A stretch of 53,160 nucleotides of DNA, counting the filler, from Sluysia triapertura (Eukaryota), in assembly GCA_046118255.1 (NCBI GenBank). It is 4 parts of 4 records of this genome, joined end to end, with 100 filler letters (N's around TTAATTAATTAA, not from the genome) between each part and the next. Parts side by side here need not be neighbours in the genome. Positions count along the whole stretch, not along the records: positions 41,822 to 53,160 come from JBJNIA010184524.1; 3 more parts are not named here. The stretch is one strand, 5' to 3'. The notes below the pieces were generated by a model that was not told where the DNA came from, ran no database searches, and saw nothing but the letters and a program-made list of their open reading frames with translations. This document shows, in pieces, positions 51,881 through 53,160 of the stretch; within the stretch, counting starts at the first letter, position 1; each line of letters begins with the position of its first letter. The position numbers and the translations under genes were made by a program.

Positions 51881-53090
51881 TTCTTCTATGTGCTCTAATA
51901 TTATTCAACAAAAAACTTAATTTAATTTACAAAACTAAATTTGTTCGATTCGCTTTATAAAAAAATTTACTTAAACTTTAAACTCTTCGATAGAGTTTAT
52001 AAGACGTTTAAAACGACTTAGTCTTTAATTAAAACTTATCTTTATAATATTTATCTAATTCTAATCCCTTTCAACAATTCAATTTTCAAAAATAAAGAAA
52101 CTTATAACACAATGAAGTTTATATTTTTTTTAAAGTGATACTTTACAATTATTTTAACTGTAAGAAAATAATAATTTATAATTTTAATTTTTATTGATAA
52201 TTGTATTGAAAATTTAATTTTTATATTCAGACTTGTGTTCAAGTAAAAATAAAAATATCTTAATGTTCAAATAAGATATTCAATTATCAACTTCTTAAAA
52301 CTTTACCTAAATTCTTTTACAACTATTTTTTTCTATTGTTTATCAAATGACAGTAGTATTTATACTGTCCTACAAAATTTTGTTAATATTAAATTATAAT
52401 ATATTCAATAGTAATTAATTTTTTATTTTGAGTATATACAATAGCAGTTAATAATATAAAGGTTAGTTTGTAATAATAATAATTTAATTTATAATTTATT
52501 TTCTAAATATTTTGCTTAATAATAGTTAATTTATAATATAGTAATTACCATTTTAGTTATTAACGCTTATCTACAAATATAATATTAAATTAAGCAATAT
52601 TAATTTATAATATATTTTTTTAAACAACAACAAATTTTTCAGCCCAATCTTTATTTTAATTTAATTTTGATCGAATATAATGTTATTAATTTTTGATTAC
52701 ATACTGGTTCTTTTTAATCTCAATTTTATATGATTTTATCTTATGTATTGTAATATTCTGAATCATGTTTTTAAGATAATTTTGATCGGATTTTAAGCTC
52801 TATAGTTTGATTTCATATTATTTAATGACTATGATATTAAGGTTTGATGTTTAAATTTTTTAAATTTATATTGTCTTTATTGGATCTAATTTTAAAATCA
52901 TTATTTATACAATTTCAATTTAAAATTGATTGTTATGTGTTATCAAATTTTGAATTTATATTAACTCTATAATCTCACTTTAATTCATATAAAAACATTA
53001 TAATCTTAGTGATAATAATTTTAAATTTATTTGGAAAATGAATTTAAAAATGAAAATTTGATTTAAAACCCCAAATGAGTATTATTTTAC

Positions 53091-53091
<1 letters not shown>

Positions 53092-53160
<69 letters not shown>
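53092..53160. repeat. (AAT)n microsatellite running off the window end
   Basis: Direct reading. Confidence 0.95.

Overview
Very AT-rich eukaryotic draft sequence, most likely a flatworm (inference from two-alpha-crystallin-domain sHSPs, 32-47 nt micro-introns and the CUL4 sequence). It is four contigs joined by artificial 100-bp spacers (44 N + TTAATTAATTAA + 44 N at 19178, 30746 and 41722), so adjacency across those joins means nothing. Host genes: two intronless p40/Tsp36-type small heat-shock genes, the first four exons of a G-alpha i/o gene, a complete 7-exon cullin-4 gene (751 aa) with a U12-type AT-AC intron, and exons of an acidic low-complexity protein. Most of the rest is decayed mobile DNA: an RLE-type non-LTR retrotransposon, an LTR family in three copies, a Polinton-type integrase relic, Tc1/mariner, pogo and hAT relics, and a gag-like zinc-knuckle ORF. 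The most novel signal is an LTR-retroelement family present twice (about 2706-5748 minus; about 38960-41721 plus). Both copies carry one conserved orphan ORF directly before a gypsy-type PPT/3' LTR, with no recognisable gag/pol. The plus copy also has an array of five covarying bulged-A hairpins with MS2-operator-like architecture inside a putative intron.
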